A stretch of 64,000 bases of DNA from Balanoglossus misakiensis (Eukaryota > Animalia > Hemichordata), in the NCBI GenBank assembly GCA_040954595.2, contig CM082581.2, positions 1,046,699-1,110,698 of the forward strand, given 5' to 3'. This document shows, piece by piece, positions 52,441 through 64,000 of this stretch; the first letter of the stretch is position 1, and each line of letters opens with the position of its first letter. The position numbers were made by a program, and so were the translations under genes. The notes beneath the pieces are model-generated. The model searched no databases and was not told where the DNA came from. It worked only from the letters and a program-made list of their open reading frames with translations.

Positions 52441-53060
52441 TTTTAGGTCCCATATGGTATGTACCATGGGCCTTATGGAATCAGTTGCGTCTGTATTTAT
52501 GTATGGATGTACTGTATTTTCGCGAGTTAAATTTTTCGCGATATCGAGAGAGGCCACTGTTTCGCGTGTATTAATTTTCGCGTTCTCTTATTTCATTCAC
52601 TGCATCGTTATCTTCAAAAACAATTTACGCGACTTTTTATTTTCACGTTATTTTGGCTCTCGCGTATTTGACGAAAATTAATTGCTCGCGAAAATAAAGT
52701 GTTTTACAGTATGTCTGTCTGTTTGTATGGATGTATGTCTGTATGTCCGTCCACATCTAAAACTTGAAAACCGTTGTGCATATCACCTCGATATTTGGTG
52801 TGCAGATGCAGGCTGGGCTGTAGATTGGAGTTTGTTAACATGAAAATGTCATTACCAAATATATGCAAATTAGCTGGAAAATGTGAAATTGGTCAAAACT
52901 CGCAAAATTCAACAACTGCTGGTCAGATTGATTTGGAAATTGGTATGCAAGTACCTTATGCCTACCTCATACAGTCCTGTATGTTTTGAGCTAATTTTGA
53001 TTTTCTATTTTTGATGCATTTGTTTGTATTTTTCAACATTATTGGTAAAAAATCTTCATA
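52441..53060 (+). mobile_element. HINE/DINE-like repeat copy
   Basis: TTTTAGGTCCCAT...ATGGGCCTTA hairpin, microsatellite, and a core shared with the 43631 and 50417 copies. Confidence 0.7.
52512..52709. mobile_element. TA-target MITE (Tc1/mariner-pogo type) inserted in a HINE microsatellite
   Basis: TA|CTGTA...TACAG|TA with inverted TTTTCGCGAG/CTCGCGAAAA motifs. It interrupts a GTAT/GGAT tract. Confidence 0.8.
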
Positions 53061-54406
53061 TGAATCTAAAATTACTGTCGAATCATCCAGTGTGAGTTAG
53101 CACTGTAATTAGCAAAAGTTATAAATCCACAGTTACCCAGCAAATTTGATATAATGCTTCACATAGGTATTGGTTTTGAACATCCTTCAGAAAGGGTATG
53201 AATATTTTAAAATTTTTACTGTTGCAACCCAGACTAGTTTATTTCTGAATAAACAGAGAAATGACAACCGGATAGATTATTCTTCTGTACTAAAGACATA
53301 TGCAGACACAAGAAATAGTCTGAACATTTTCAGTACATTACTAAAACAGTGTCGGTACATTGTACTATAAACTGAGGAAGATTAGTGACTATTGTTTGCC
53401 AAAAATGGTCCCAAGTCATTTCTCAAGCATAGCAGAATAGTAGCTTTGAGTAGCAAAGTGTGATGATTTAAAATGTAAAAAGACAACACCAATCTCTAGC
53501 TCTGCTCTCAGCACTGCAAAAGTTATCTGACAGGTAGATAGATGTTCAGTCATCCTATGTCTGTCAACATTTTTCTTTTCTGAAATCACTGGCGCAAGTG
53601 CTTTTAAAATTGGTGTGCAGGTTTCTTGGGGTGGCGAAGTAATGTGTGTTCAAATTGTGTTGAATTCTGCATATTTGTAGTTTGGAACAAGTTTTTTGCT
53701 GTTTTTGGAAGAAAAAAGCTAAGCTCGTAGATTACTTTGACTATGCAGGTTTCTAGGTATGACACAAGTTGTTTCTTCAAAATATGGTGAAATTTGCATA
53801 TTTGGGGGGAAATTTTCTCTGAAATTTAGTATTGATCTCCCTGAGGTATGTGACATAATCTGTAATTTTGTATTTTGGAGACAGTTGCCTTTTTGTACAA
53901 ACAAAAAATCTTGTCAGAATATGCATGTCTGATTGCCATGTCCACAGGGGTGATCTACTTTTATTTACATTATAACCGAATCTGTAAAGTTTTCATAATG
54001 ATCTTTAAAATAGGTACGTCTAATTGTTTTGATCTTTGGTATGAATTGTCCCTTGGTGATCTTAGTCAATGCTTTTGAAATTCCGCTGAATATTGCATTA
54101 TTATTTTGTCTAAGTCTGAAGAGTAGTCATCATCTCTGAAACCCCTTGACCTAAGTCAGGTGTCAAATAGTACAATTTGCAGATTTGTTGCATTGGAGAT
54201 ATTGTTGCAGTTTTTGAAATTCAAGATGGCTGCCAATGTCTGTGTTAACTCTATGGAAAAACATTTATGTAAATACTTTTCTGAAAACAAGGCGGTGAAC
54301 ATCACATTTTTGTTTACAAACAGTAATAGAAATAGCTATCATTGTTTCTGAAAATCCTAACTTGTAGGATTCTTTTTCAATCTCTGGCATCAGCAGAGAC
54401 AATTAA

Positions 54407-55138
54407 GGTGGCATTGCATGAAAAGTTGTGATTTTTGCCAAATTTTACTTTTTTACATAAATCGGTAGGCCTAATACTCACCCACATCCTGACTAATACG
54501 TCTTGGCGGAAATGGTGCACAATCACCCCCAAATAGCACTTTTCTGAATGAGTTCACAGCTTAACAAATAGGTGTCAACAATGCAAATGGCCGTTTTTCT
54601 CGGTTTGCATTTTCGCTGCTTTTGACAACTTCGGACTAAAATAGCTTCGCCCTGCATTGGCCGAATTTGCTCAAATTTTGACAGGGAATTGTGTATGACC
54701 CATCCAACAAAACGCTAGTTTTGTATGTCGATAAAGTGTCCCTAGCGGGAATAAACTCTGATTCAATACAACTCACCGTGAATTTGATCAAATTTTCAGA
54801 AAATCTAACTTTCAAACGCTGTTACTCCTCAATGGAAGCAGATAACGCAAAACAAAATTAGCGTTTTTTTGCACGTGTACTTTAGTTTCGAATGACATAT
54901 TAAGATGCATGATGCATGGTCAACTTTTTTACCTATTTTAAATTTCATGACATAATATCAAAAAATGGGTTTTTCGCCCAAAATCGCCACCATTTCCGGG
55001 GATCAATAATATTTGCAACTCAAACAAAAGTTCAAAATCTCAGCTTCCAGAATATATATGGTTTATGGGGGTTTAAACTTTGTCTTTGATGAGAAATAGG
55101 CCTCTGAAAAAGTCTCGACGGTTTCATGCAGTGCCACC
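54407..55138. mobile_element. 732-bp non-autonomous TTAA-target DNA transposon (Kolobok-like)
   Basis: TTAA|GGTGGCATTGCATGAAA...TTTCATGCAGTGCCACC|TTAA (16/17 TIR match). Confidence 0.9.
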
Positions 55139-55479
55139 TTAAACAACTCTATAAAAAGTCTTATTGCTTAGTACTGGCACGAGGTGGTAAAAAGATGTGC
55201 AGCTTTTGACTTATTACAGGCTTACACTTTGTTAGTAATATGAGTCCCTATTGGTATTGTGCTGGGTTTTTAGGAGCTTGGGCCCCATTCCCTGGATATT
55301 TTTTACACCTTGCTCTGAAAACCTGCCACACCTATGCTTCTTGAATTTGTCACAGTTGTCCTTGCCAATGAGTGTGCACCTTGAAATTCAAATCAGTCAT
55401 TTGACCTGGCAGCCATATTCAGTTGAACTTGTTAAATAAATGCAAATTAGCTGGGAAAATTTGAAATTGGTCAAAACCA

Positions 55480-56968
55480 CTGGTCAGATTGATTTGACAA
55501 TTGGTATGCAAGTACCTTATGTCAACCACATACAGTCCTGTATTTTGAATAGTTTGAATGTTCTATTTTTATGCATTTTTTGCCTTTTTCCTCATTTTTG
55601 GTAAAACATCTACTTTTCTAAAATTGATGAGACGACTTCTTTGAAATTTAGTATGAAGCTTCATATAGGTGATATGAGTTAGCATACTTTTGTTAAAATG
55701 TTGCAAAATTTGCATATTCATAATTTTGGAGCAATTTCGGCCGTTTTTGAATTTTTTTTTTAAACCGGTTGTTACATTGCTTTGAAATTTGTTAGTCATA
55801 TTAGGGGTAGCCCAAGTAAGATTTGCATGTATGTTTTTCAAATCAACTTGATGAATTGAATAGTATATTTTTGGGATGATTTTTGCCATTTTCGGTCAAA
55901 ACTCTTCTCAGAACCCCCCACAGTACGTGAAATATCCCATGAATCACTCTGGTTTGTACAACCAGAGATTACTCGGTCAAACCAGGCAAAGTTCACATGT
56001 GTAGAGAAAATTGTAGACCACTAATACAAATTTTGAGAGCATGCTTTAAAGGCGAATCTTATTGTCAATTACCATTTCAAATGATAAACAAAATCATGCA
56101 TTATTGAAAGAGGAGATACAAATTTTATAAAATAAGCAATTGCATAGCCAGCCGATACAAAAAAGTTTGAAGTAAAACAGGGACACTTGAAACACTTGTT
56201 TAATCAAACAAAACGATATTGATTTTTTTCTATAGACAGAACAATGGAAATTTACATGTTAACTTTCAACAGAGACTGGCCACCTCAGTTAGTCATTGCT
56301 TCTTTCCTCCTAAGTGTGACATTTGACGTACATGAATGAATACTTTGATTTCTATGGCTTTTAAATCTTGATTTTGAAATTTTCACTCTAATTCCTCAAC
56401 ATACTTTTTCTAGATAAATCTTAATACAGTTATATGTACTTCATATCATTGTTAGTATCTAAAACAGAAAGTAATTAAATGGACAATCTCGATGATACAA
56501 ATCATGGAGAGTTGTGGGTAAAATATCGTACTGTGCCCCCTTTACCCCCACTGCTTTGAAATTTGATTTGAAGGTTTCAGGGTTTGTTCTCATGATAATT
56601 TACAGATTGATTTGACAATTGGTATGCAAGTACCTTATGTCAACCACATACAATCCTGTATTTTTTTAACTAATAGTTTGAATGTTCTATTTTATGCATT
56701 TTTTGCCTTTTTCCTCATTTGTGGTAAAAAAATTTAGTATGAAGCTTCATGTAGGTGATATGAGTTACAATACTTTTGTTGAAATGTTGCAAAATTTGCA
56801 TATTGATAATTTTGGAGCAATTTCAGCCTTGTTTAATTAATTTTTTTTCTCTAAAACCGCTTGTTCCATTGCTTTAAAATTTGTTAGTCATGTTAGGGGT
56901 AGCTCAAGTAAGATTTGCATGTATGTTTTTCAAATCAACTTGATGAATTGAATAGTATATTTTTGGGG
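55480..56968 (+). repeat. Duplicated HINE core segments (55484-55880 and 56604-56968) separated by a probable truncated TIR element (~55919-56545)
   Basis: Both segments begin cagattgatttgacaattggtatgcaagtacc. The spacer is bounded by CACAGTACG...CGTACTGTG. Confidence 0.65.
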
Positions 56969-56969
56969 G

Positions 56970-57265
56970 ATCAAATCAAATCAAATCAAAACAAACATTT
57001 ATAAAGCGCCAGAATCAATAACAATGTTATTTCCAAAGGCGCTGAAAGTATAACATCAGTGTTCGTAGGCTTTGACAAATAGAAATGTCTTGAGTTTTTG
57101 TTTGAAAATGTTGAGACTAGAAGCCTGTTGAATGTCAGATGGCAGAGAATTCCAAAGTTGTGGCGCGACAAGGGAAAAGGCACATCCACCATATGTTTTG
57201 AGTCTGTACTTTGGTACACACAACTGGTTCATTGAGCTGGAGCGCAGAGCCCGACTAGGCTTATA
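56970..57265 (-). mobile_element. Short L2-clade LINE 3' fragment
   Basis: YKPSRALRSS...YGGCAFSLVAPQLWNSLP...FKQKLKTFLF, an AGCGCC/GGCGCT stem and an (ATTTG)n tail. Confidence 0.9.
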
Positions 57266-58040
57266 TGATTTTTGATTTGATTTGGTTTCAGGGTGATTTC
57301 TCATGATGATTTACAAAACCTATGACTGATTACTTTGAAATTTGAGTAGGAAGTTAATTGGATGTGTTTGTTTAGATAATGGAATCAAATAAAGTTATTC
57401 ATTCTTCACCTTCATTCTTCACCTCATTTCATTTATTGGCTGGTTTGTCTATTGTATCAGGGAAGAGTACTTGCCATCCCACCCCACCGATGCAAACTTT
57501 GAGTGGCAAAAGTAAAATTTGTCATAACATTGAGTTAATTTGCTTTTGGGCTCACTAAAATGCAACTTTGAGCTCTGTATTTGTACAAAATTTTCATTAA
57601 TTGGCTGGTTTGTCTATTGTACCAGGCCAGCATACATAAGATCAAGATGTTTTCGGGGCTGGGGGGGCATCATATTTTATTGCCTCTCTATGTGTGTGTC
57701 TGTCTGTCTGTACTCCTGTGTAGACTTTTTCTAGTGTAATCACTAAATGAGACCACAGTGTCCTTGACGCTATTTTTTGCGATTTTCAATGACCCTGGGG
57801 TAACCTTTGACCAGCTTTCATATATCTTGGTATTCACAGCACAATACAGCCTTGGCATACCCTGGTAACCATGGGAACCGTTTGGGCCCAACCAATGGTG
57901 CTGGCAGCGTTAATTTTTAAATGATTTCTTCTTGTCGTTTTCTTTATCAATATGATGACTTGACCTAATCAGATTATTAAAATAATTTCATTCTTTTTTT
58001 ACATTAGGTTCTTTGGTAACACTGCTGCTGGAGGGAGTGT

Positions 58041-58660
58041 AATATTTGTAACGACGTCGCCACCTAATACTGTACTGGAGGTATGAACTTAAACTTGTAA
58101 CGACGCCGCCACCTAATACTGTACTGGAGAGATGAAGTTAATACTTGTAACGACGCCGCCACCTAATACTGTACTGGAGAGATGAAGTTAATACTTGTAA
58201 CGACGCCGCCACCTAATACTGTACTGGAGAGATGAAGTTAATACTTGTAACGACGCCGCCACCTAATACTGTACTGGAGAGATGAAGTTAATACTTGTAA
58301 CGACGCTGCCACCTAATACTGTACTGGAGAGATGAAGTTAATACTTGTAACGACGCCGCCACCTAATACTGTACTGGAGAGATGAAGTTAATACTTGTAA
58401 CGACGCCGCCACCTAATACTGTACTGGAGGGATGAACTTAAACTTGTAACGACGCCGCCACCTAATACTGTACTGGAGAGATGAAGTTAATACTTGTAAC
58501 GACGCCGCCACCTAATACTGTACTGGAATGATGAAGTTAATACTTGTAACGCCGCCGCCACCTAATACTGTACTGGAGAGATGAACTTAATACTTGTAAC
58601 GACGCCGCCACCTTATACTGTACTGGAGGGATGAACTTAAACCTGTAACGACGCCAGATG
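58041..58660. repeat. 50-bp minisatellite, ~12 near-identical copies
   Basis: ACTTGTAACGACGCCGCCACCTAATACTGTACTGGAGAGATGAAGTTAAT with period 50 (58101, 58151, 58201...). Confidence 0.97.
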
Positions 58661-58840
58661 ATGCTCCTGTGACCAGAGGGATGAACGACGCCATGATTTG
58701 TTGATCTGATCTAATTAATAATATTCATTCTTTTTTTTCAATAGGTTCATTGGTATTATCATCGCCGGAGGGAGTCTAATCAATATCTACAACAACGCCG
58801 CACCAGATAACAATATCAAAACCAGAGGGATGCTGTCAAT

Positions 58841-59015
58841 AGGTTAGGCTAATAAAAATGGTTTAATCTGAGGGAATGGTAAAGGGTTGGTGTATGAATA
58901 TGTTAGGGTAATAAAAAATGGTATAATCTAACGGAATGGTGAAGGGTTGGTGTATAAACAGGTTAGGCTAATAAAAATGGTATAATCTAATGAAATGGTG
59001 AAGGGTTGGTGTATG
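58841..59015. repeat. ~59-60-bp tandem repeat, 3 copies
   Basis: GTTAGG(C/G)TAATAAAAATGGT(A/T)TAATCT...AATGGT(G/A)AAGGGTTGGTGTAT occurs three times. Confidence 0.85.
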
Positions 59016-59436
59016 ATGACTAATAAGACATTGTGCACAAGGGTACTATAATAAAACTGTCTGCAAGGGTATAATATTATGGTTTCAAGGGTATGATAAG
59101 TAATTAAAATACTATAAAAACATGAGTAATGCCACGTGGTAAATAAAAACTGTACATGTACAGAGGGTAAATACCGGTATAATATATAAAGGTGTTAACA
59201 TCAATGGTGTAATAATAAAAAAAATGGGTAACACATGGTTTTGGTGGTATAATAATAATAAAATGGTATTAACTTGATGGTATAAACATTATGGGATGTG
59301 TATAAACGGTGTTAATATTACAAAGGTATAATGATTAGTTGGGGTGTAATAATAAGAAATTTAAAATCATTGGGTAATTTATTAGTGTCAGGTTGGGTAA
59401 AATAATTGTTGCTATGCATTCGTGTAATAATTGTCT

Positions 59437-59635
59437 GCGGATTTTTTGCAGCGTTACCCGCGTTCGCGTTCTTCATTGCAGGTCGCTCGTCATGTAATGG
59501 AATTTCGCCGTGTGCCCGTTTGATTCGCCGATGGATTTTTTACAACATTACCCGCGTTCGCGTTCTTCATCGCAGTTGGATCGTCGTGTAATGGAATTTC
59601 GCCGTGTGCCCGTTTGATTCGCCGATGGATTTTTT
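59437..59635. repeat. 94-bp CpG-rich tandem duplication
   Basis: TTACCCGCGTTCGCGTTCTTCAT...GTAATGGAATTTCGCCGTGTGCCCGTTTGATTCGCCGATGGATTTTT occurs twice. Confidence 0.9.
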
Positions 59636-60062
59636 GCTTTCGTCATCGTAATTCCCGCATCAACAAGAATCCTCAATCTCGCGTAACAACAATACATCAA
59701 AATGTACACAGAAAAATAGGAGTCGGCAAGACAATTCTGGTTAGTTTGAGCCCCAACCTTTTAAAATTCACAACGGGGGAGGGGGCAGTTTTTCCTCATT
59801 TTATATTTGGCTCGAGGTTTTTAACTGTCCCCAGGCGCGTAAAGTTAGTTAGTTTATCACACAGTATGTAATTATCTTGCTTGATTTAAAAAAACACTAA
59901 AATTGTATGGGGGAGCTTCTTGCGATTTGCACTTAAGAAACTGATGGTTTGTACCCATAGATAATATTTAGTATTAAGCACATAATTGCCTGGAAATACA
60001 AATTAACTCAAGGGTAGAATGCAACAGTTAATTTTGTGCAATATCAACAGGAGCTATTTTGG

Positions 60063-60168
60063 CACATTATTTCAGTTTGATAAACACTGTTTTTGCTCAT
60101 TGTTTCATTTCGACCACATTATTTCAGTTTGATAAACACTGTTTTTGCTTATTGTTTCATTTCAACCA
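60063..60168. repeat. ~52-bp tandem duplication
   Basis: CACATTATTT(T)CAGTTTGATAAACACTGTTTTTGCT(C/T)ATTGTTTCATTTC occurs twice. Confidence 0.85.
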
Positions 60169-60577
60169 CTTTTGTCACCTTGTTTTAAATTGAATGCAAG
60201 CATTGTTTCTGTTTGACCACTACTTGGGGTAATTGTTCCAAATTGGTATGCAAGATATTTTACATCAGCAGTTAGCCATCTAGCCACACTTTAGCTGCAC
60301 AGCATATGAAAAATAATGAAATTCATGCAAAAAGCAAAAAAGTATTATGGGTATAATGCCATTGCAGCATTGGCGGTTCGACTCCGTCGATACTTACTTT
60401 GAAGCATAAGTCTTCATTATTTTTCATATGTAATAAATAAAACTCTTCCAAATTCATATCTTTGTTTTAAGTTTGTGCTTTTGCTTCAGTTAGGGGGCCC
60501 ACATTTACCAAACCTGTCTTGCCATCTTTTCACATTTCTTCAAATATGCAGCGCCAGCGGTAGGCAGTATTTGATCA

Positions 60578-63500
60578 AATTGACCCACAAATCACTCAAA
60601 ATTAATAGGCAGGATACTGTCCACTCTGGCCTGGTTACTGTCTGGCCTGCTTAATGTTGACGCAAAGGTTGACCCCACCAAACACTCAAAATTAATAGGC
60701 AGCATACTGGCCACTCTGGCCTAGTTAATGTTGACGCAAAGGTTGACCCCCACCAAACACTCAAAATTAATGGGCACGATACTGGCCACTCTGGCCTAGT
60801 TAATGTTGACGCAAAGGTTGACCCCACCAAACACTCAAAATCAATGGGCAGCATACTGTCCACTATGGCCTGGTTACTGTGTGCTCTGGTTAATGTTGAC
60901 GCAAAGGTTGACCCCACCAAACACTCAAAATTAATGGGCAGCACACTGTCCACTACGGCCTGGTTACTGTGTGCTCTGGTTAATGTTGATGCAAAGGTTG
61001 ACCCCACCAAACACTCAAAATTAATGGGCAGAACACTGTCCACTATGGCCTGGTTACTGTGTGCTCTGGTTAATGTTGATGCAAAGGTTGACCCCACCAA
61101 ACACTCAAAATTAATGGGCAGGATACTGGCCACTCTGGCCTAGTTAATGTTGACGCAAAGGTTGACCCCCACCAAACACTCAAAATTAATGGGCACGATA
61201 CTGGCCACTCTGGCCTAGTTAATGTTGACGCAAAGGTTGACCCCACCAAACACTCAAAATTAATGGACAGAACACTGTCCACTACGGCCTGGTTACTGTG
61301 TGCTCTGGTTAATGTTGACGCAAAGGTTGACCCCCACCAAACACTCAAAATTAATGGGCACGATACTGGCCACTCTGGCCTAGTTAATGTTGACGCAAAG
61401 GTTGACCCCACCAAACACTCAAAATTAATGGGCACGATACTGGCCACTCTGGCCTAGTTAATGTTGACGCAAAGGTTGACCCCCACCAAACACTCAAAAT
61501 TAATGGGCACGATACTGGCCACTCTGGCCTAGTTAATGTTGACGCAAAGGTTGACCCCCACGAAACACTCAAAATTAATGGGCACGATACTGGCCACTCT
61601 GGCCTAGTTAATGTTGACGCAAAGGTTGACCCCACCAAACACTCAAAATTAATGGGCAGCACACTGTCCACTACGGCCTGGTTACTGTGTGCTCTGGTTA
61701 ATGTTGACGCAAAGGTTGACCCCACCAAACACTCAAAATTAATGGGCAGAACACAGTCCACTATGGCCTGGTTACTGTGTGCTCTGGTTAATGTTGACGC
61801 AAAGGTTGACCCCACCAAACACTCAAAATTAATGGGCAGAACACTGTCCACTACGGCCTGGTTATTGTGTGCTCTGGTTAATGTTGATGCAAAGGTTGAC
61901 GCCACCAAACACTCAAAATCAATGGGCAGCATACTGTCCACTATGGCCTGGTTACTGTGTGCTCTGGTTAATGTTCACGCAAAGGTTGACCCCACCAAAC
62001 ACTCAAAATTAATGGGCAGAACACTGTCCACTATGGCCTGGTTACTGTGTGCTCTGGTTAATGTTGACGCAAAGGTTGACCCCACCAAACACTCAAAATT
62101 AATGGGCAGCACACTGTCCACTACGGCCTGGTTACTGTGTGCTCTGGTTAATGTTGACGCAAAGGTTGACCCCACCAAACACTCAAAATTAATGGGCAGA
62201 ACACTGTCCACTACGGCCTGGTTACTGTGTGCTCTGGTTAATGTTGACGCAAAGGTTGACCCCACCAAACACTCAAAATTAATGGGCAGAACACTGTCCA
62301 CTACGGCCTGGTTACTGTGTGCTCTGGTTAATGTTGACGCAAAGGTTGACCCCACCAAACACTCAAAATTAATGGGCAGAACACTGTCCACTACGGCCTG
62401 GTTACTGTGTGCTCTGGTTAATGTTGACGCAAAGGTTGACCCCACCAAACACTCAAAATTAATGGGCAGAACACTGTCCACTACGGCCTGGTTACTGTGT
62501 GCTCTGGTTAATGTTGACGCAAAGGTTGACCCCACCAAACACTCAAAATTAATGGGCAGCACACTGTCCACTATGGCCTGGTTACTGTGTGCTCTGGTTA
62601 ATGTTGACGCAAAGGTTGACCCCACCAAACACTCAAAATTAATGGGCAGAACACTGTCCACTACGGCCTGGTTACTGTGTGCTCTGGTTAATGTTGACGC
62701 AAAGGTTGACCCCACCAAACACTCAAAATTAATGGGCAGAACACTGTCCACTATGGCCTGGTTACTGTGTGCTCTGGTTAATGTTGACGCAAAGGTTGAC
62801 CCCACCAAACACTCAAAATTAATGGGCAGAACACTGTCCACTACGGCCTGGTTACTGTGTGCTCTGGTTAATGTTGACGCAAAGGTTGACCCCACCAAAC
62901 ACTCAAAATTAATGGGCAGAACACTGTCCACTACGGCCTGGTTACTGTGTGCTCTGGTTAATGTTGACGCAAAGGTTGACCCCACCAAACACTCAAAATT
63001 AATGGGCAGCACACTGTCCACTATGGCCTGGTTACTGTGTGCTCTGGTTAATGTTGACGCAAAGGTTGACCCCACCAAACACTCAAAATTAATGGGCAGA
63101 ACACTGTCCACTACGGCCTGGTTACTGTGTGCTCTGGTTAATGTTGACGCAAAGGTTGACCCCCACCAAACACTCAAAATTAATGGGCACGATACTGGCC
63201 ACTCTGGCCTAGTTAATGTTGACGCAAAGGTTGACCCCACCAAACACTCAAAATTAATGGGCACGATACTGGCCACTCTGGCCTAGTTAATGTTGACGCA
63301 AAGGTTGACCCCACCAAACACTCATAATTAATGGGCACGATACTGGCCACTCTGGCCTAGTTAATGTTGACGCAAAGGTTGACCCCACCAAACACTCAAA
63401 ATTAATGGGCACGATACTGGCCACTCTGGCCTAGTTAATGTTGACGCAAAGGTTGAACCCACCAAACACTCAAAATTAATGGGCAGAACACTGTCCACTA

Positions 63501-64000
63501 TGGCCTGATTACTCTGTGCTCTGGTTAATGTTGACGCAAAGGTTGACCCCACCAAACACTCAAAATTAATGGGCAGCACACTGTCCACTATGGCCTGGTT
63601 ACTGTGTGCTCTGGTTAATGTTGACGCAAAGGTTGACCCCACCAAACACTCAAAATTAATGGGCAGAACACTGTCCACTACGGCCTGGTTACTGTGTGCT
63701 CTGGTTAATGTTGACGCAAAGGTTGACCCCACCAAACACTCAACATTAATGGGCAGCACACTGTCCACTATGGCCTGGTTACTGTGTGCTCTGGTTAATG
63801 TTGACGCAAAGGTTGACCCCACCAAACACTCAAAATTAATGGGCAGAACACTGTCCACTATGGCCTGGTTACTCTGTGCTCTGGTTAATGTTGACGCAAA
63901 GGTTGACCCCACCAAACACTCAAAATTAATGGGCAGAACACTGTCCACTATGGCCTGGTTACTCTGTGCTCTGGTTAATGTTGACGCAAAGGTTGACCCC
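60578..64000. repeat. Satellite of interleaved 90-bp and 74/75-bp units; runs off the right edge
   Basis: Shared 50-bp core TTAATGTTGACGCAAAGGTTGACCCCACCAAACACTCAAAATTAATGGGC. It is followed by either a 40-bp tail (AGAACACTGTCC...GCTCTGG) or a 24-bp tail (ACGATACTGGCCACTCTGGCCTAG). Confidence 0.97.

Noticed and set aside
58041-58660. CRISPR-like regular array
   Set aside because: Units are wholly repeated with no unique spacers, there are no cas genes, and the context is eukaryotic.
61652-63286. 544-aa plus-strand ORF
   Set aside because: It is a 30-aa repeat from a stop-free 90-bp unit, with no unique domain, mostly non-synonymous variants and an equally open antisense frame.
60578-64000. 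Constant 50-bp core plus variable tail resembling repeat-spacer structure
   Set aside because: Only two related tail types recur, so this is a satellite rather than a spacer array.

Overview
Repeat-dominated eukaryotic DNA with no bacterial-style genes. The repeat repertoire resembles a marine invertebrate genome, but the organism is not identifiable from this window. Bases 1-22220 are an AT-rich 78-bp satellite with nested higher-order repeats (about 0.7, 1.4, 1.9 and 5.7-5.9 kb). Bases ~60580-64000 are a second satellite of mixed 90-bp and 74/75-bp units. All ORFs listed in both arrays are by-products of the repeats. The ~38 kb between them is mostly decayed transposons. It includes a 5.4-kb Helentron-associated (HINE/DINE-like) element carrying an RTE-X-like LINE fragment (itself split by a TTAA element) and an L2 3' end. 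It also holds an intron-containing decayed hAT/ZNF862-like transposase, several TTAA-target (Kolobok-like) MITEs, a P-like foldback MITE, a TA-target MITE and several minisatellites. The least explained host-like signals are missed by the ORF track: (i) four paralogous 73-75-nt exons with strong splice signals in a duplicated block, downstream of a promoter-like region and a hairpin-bearing first exon; (ii) an orphan P/Q/A/Y-rich terminal exon; (iii) a pair of exon-like paralogues flanking a 50-bp minisatellite. No rRNA, tRNA or CRISPR was recognised. Family assignments come from motif recognition by eye and were not confirmed by database search.
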